64,000 bases of DNA from Phaeosaccion multiseriatum (taxonomy: Eukaryota > Protista > Ochrophyta, other classes), in contig OZ218957.1 of the NCBI GenBank assembly GCA_965112735.1, forward strand, positions 1,426,001-1,490,000, read 5' to 3'. Numbering within the stretch: position 1 is the first letter of the stretch; every line of letters begins with the position of its first letter. Shown here piece after piece: positions 61,926-64,000 of the stretch. The translations under genes were made by a program, and so were the position numbers. The notes beneath the pieces were generated by a model. That model was not told the origin of the DNA, made no database searches, and was given only the letters and a program-made list of their open reading frames with translations.

Positions 61926-62244
61926 GCCCTTGCTCGCTCCATACGGACGCTTCTCGTCCTACGACGCTACGGAGCTCCTTTTTGCCCTTCCCGGTCCTTG
62001 CGTTCAAGCTCTAGGTCCATCCCCCGTTGAGAAGGGGGCTCTTTTCTTGAGCGGGACCGGCCGTGATGGATGATAGAAAAAAATCATTTAGAGGCATACG
62101 TTGGCGTTTCGATTTCAGGGTGCGCTGCATTCATCTAAAACTTGAGCTCAAGCGAAAGAGCAAGCACATAACTACCGTGGACTCGGAAGCATACGCCGGC
62201 TTGTAGAACTTAGTCCAGCGGCATAGGACGCAGCAAAGGCGACC

Positions 62245-63996
62245 ATGACGGGAGCCAATGCTTCGGCCAGCAAGGGATCCAACAGAACGGGAAGGATGAA
62301 GAGCACAATGGTTAAAACTGTAGTGGGTAAGGTCAAGACAAGTACCTATGACCTCCCAAAGTCTGACCACGTGTATGGTGCTACTGTAATAAAGGATGAG
62401 TACGCTGCCGGAGACGGTGAGTTCTCACGGGAGGCGGAAAGAAGGGGGAGAGATGGAGAGGTAGAGGGCGTGGGTTGACAAGCGACTGGTACTGTCTTGC
62501 GCGTGTGCCGATCATGTCCTCTCCGCACGCTACGTGGTCTCGCTACTCCGCAGTAGACCGATACAACACACGCCCCCACCCACCGTCACCCCCATATCCA
62601 CCCCGCAGTCATCAGCAAGTGGCAGGTATCGAAGCCTTCCGAAGCCAAGAAGAGCGACCGAGACTTGATCCGGACCAACGTCATGGCCATTGAGGCGGGA
62701 AACCTCACGGCGAAGGACATGCGCATCTTCCAGCAGGCCCACCCGGATGTGCGCGTGAAGCAGTCCGTGTCCAAGCTCAAGAGAGAGGAGGACGGGCGGC
62801 GGACAGTCACGCTTCCTCCAGGTAAGAAAGGCCTACACACAGACAAACCATAGGCTGCAGCCATATAGGTGGTAGGGTGCATGATTCCGTCGCTGCTACA
62901 ATACCATAACGTTAGGGGCGGAAAAGCGAAGTACTGCCTGATGGCTTTTCTGCTGCGGCCCTCGTCTACCTCTCTATCTCTCTCTCCTTCCATCCTCATC
63001 GGCCCGCACCTGCCCCCCCAACCCCCCACACCCATGCACCAACGCAACACCAACCAACCACCCACTCACTCACACACACAGGTGCAGGCGGCAAGGATCG
63101 CATCTACGGTGTGGTGACGAAGAAGACGGAGCCCCCTCTCAGCCACTTGATCGAGGCCCGTTATACAGACATGACTCGGGACGAGATGGACTATCCCGAC
63201 GTCATGGTCCTCAGGAAGAAGAACGTAAGTAGTGTATCATTGGCACCTGCCACTTTATTCCATTGTTTACATTTTAGACAGAGACAGCCCAGACAAACTC
63301 TCGATGACATTGACTCAGTGGTGGACGCAGTGGGTGACAGACTGAGAAGAGAAGGAGAAGGAGAAGCTTGGCGGGGGGGCTGGGCCGCGAGCCCTGGCCA
63401 CACAATTCACCACAGAGGCAGAGAGGAAGAAGCAAACGGGACAAGGTCAAGGCAAGCGCGCCCAAACCACAACCAGGTCCATGTCCGGCTTCTCTCCTTC
63501 CAGCCGGCGCAATCGAGCGATGGCATCTGCTCACCCCTCAGACTAGCGCAGCTCCCTCATTACGCGCTCACTCTCCCTCTCTCCGTGTGTGTGTGTGTCT
63601 CTCTCTTCCCCTCCCTTCCTCCTTCCCTTCATCCTTCCTTCCCCTCCCCTCTCCCTCCCGCCCTCCCTCCTCCTCCTCTTCCCCTCCCTCCCTCCCTCCC
63701 TGCAGCGCATGCCCGAACCCCGACCCACTCGAGCGTCAGAGGGTCACTCTCTGCGAGCACGCCTAAGTGCCATGGGCCTTGAGGAACACGGCTACGGTTA
63801 CGGACCGCCAGAGAAGGAGCGTTTCGTCATCTCGCGTTTCAGAAACATCCCTTCCAAGTACGGCATTGGCGTGTTCGACACCAAACCGACAGCAGCAGGA
63901 GCTGTATCACCAACCGCTGCAGCAAGAGGAGGAGAGGAGGCCCCTGAGTCCCATGAGGAGCCAAGCTGCCGAGCGGAGGCTGTCCCTGCGTGCTGA
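62245..63996 (+). CDS. CFAP77: Cilia- and flagella-associated protein 77 (DUF4483 family); about 4 exons
   Basis: GKVKTSTYDLPKSDHVYG...AGD|VISKW...DLIRTNVMAI...IYG...PPLSHLIEARY...PTRAS...FVISRFRNIPSK follows the CFAP77 pattern. Confidence 0.8.
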
Positions 63997-64000
63997 AGCT

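Overview
Eukaryotic, GC-rich, intron-containing and microsatellite-rich DNA, most consistent with a flagellated, plastid-bearing stramenopile (ciliary genes, bipartite plastid presequences); this taxonomy is inferred. Ordinary genes: an inositol-type MFS transporter, a coiled-coil protein, a DNAJB13-like Hsp40, a CFAP97-domain protein, an atypical two-DBD E2F, a plastid membrane protein, a Tas-like aldo-keto reductase, a second coiled-coil protein and CFAP77. The main finding is at 12.7-27.4 kb. A CRE-like non-LTR retrotransposon (RT plus restriction-like endonuclease) has inserted repeatedly, always antisense and at the same base, into the Glu-Gly-Cys-Glu-Lys codons (GAGGGGTGTGAGA, duplicated as a ~13-bp TSD) of three of five tandem zinc-finger repeats of a protein-coding gene. 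The element also carries unusual N-terminal cargo: two RING fingers, a hypervariable C2H2 cassette and a carrier-protein-like segment. Other notable items: a Dicer/RIG-I-type helicase with dsRNA-binding modules but no visible PAZ/RNase III, a dispersed GTATCACCAAC motif sitting in exons in several reading frames, a repeat-filled MITE in two copies, and a frameshifted FNIP-repeat gene. Many frameshifts fall in homopolymer runs and may be assembly errors.
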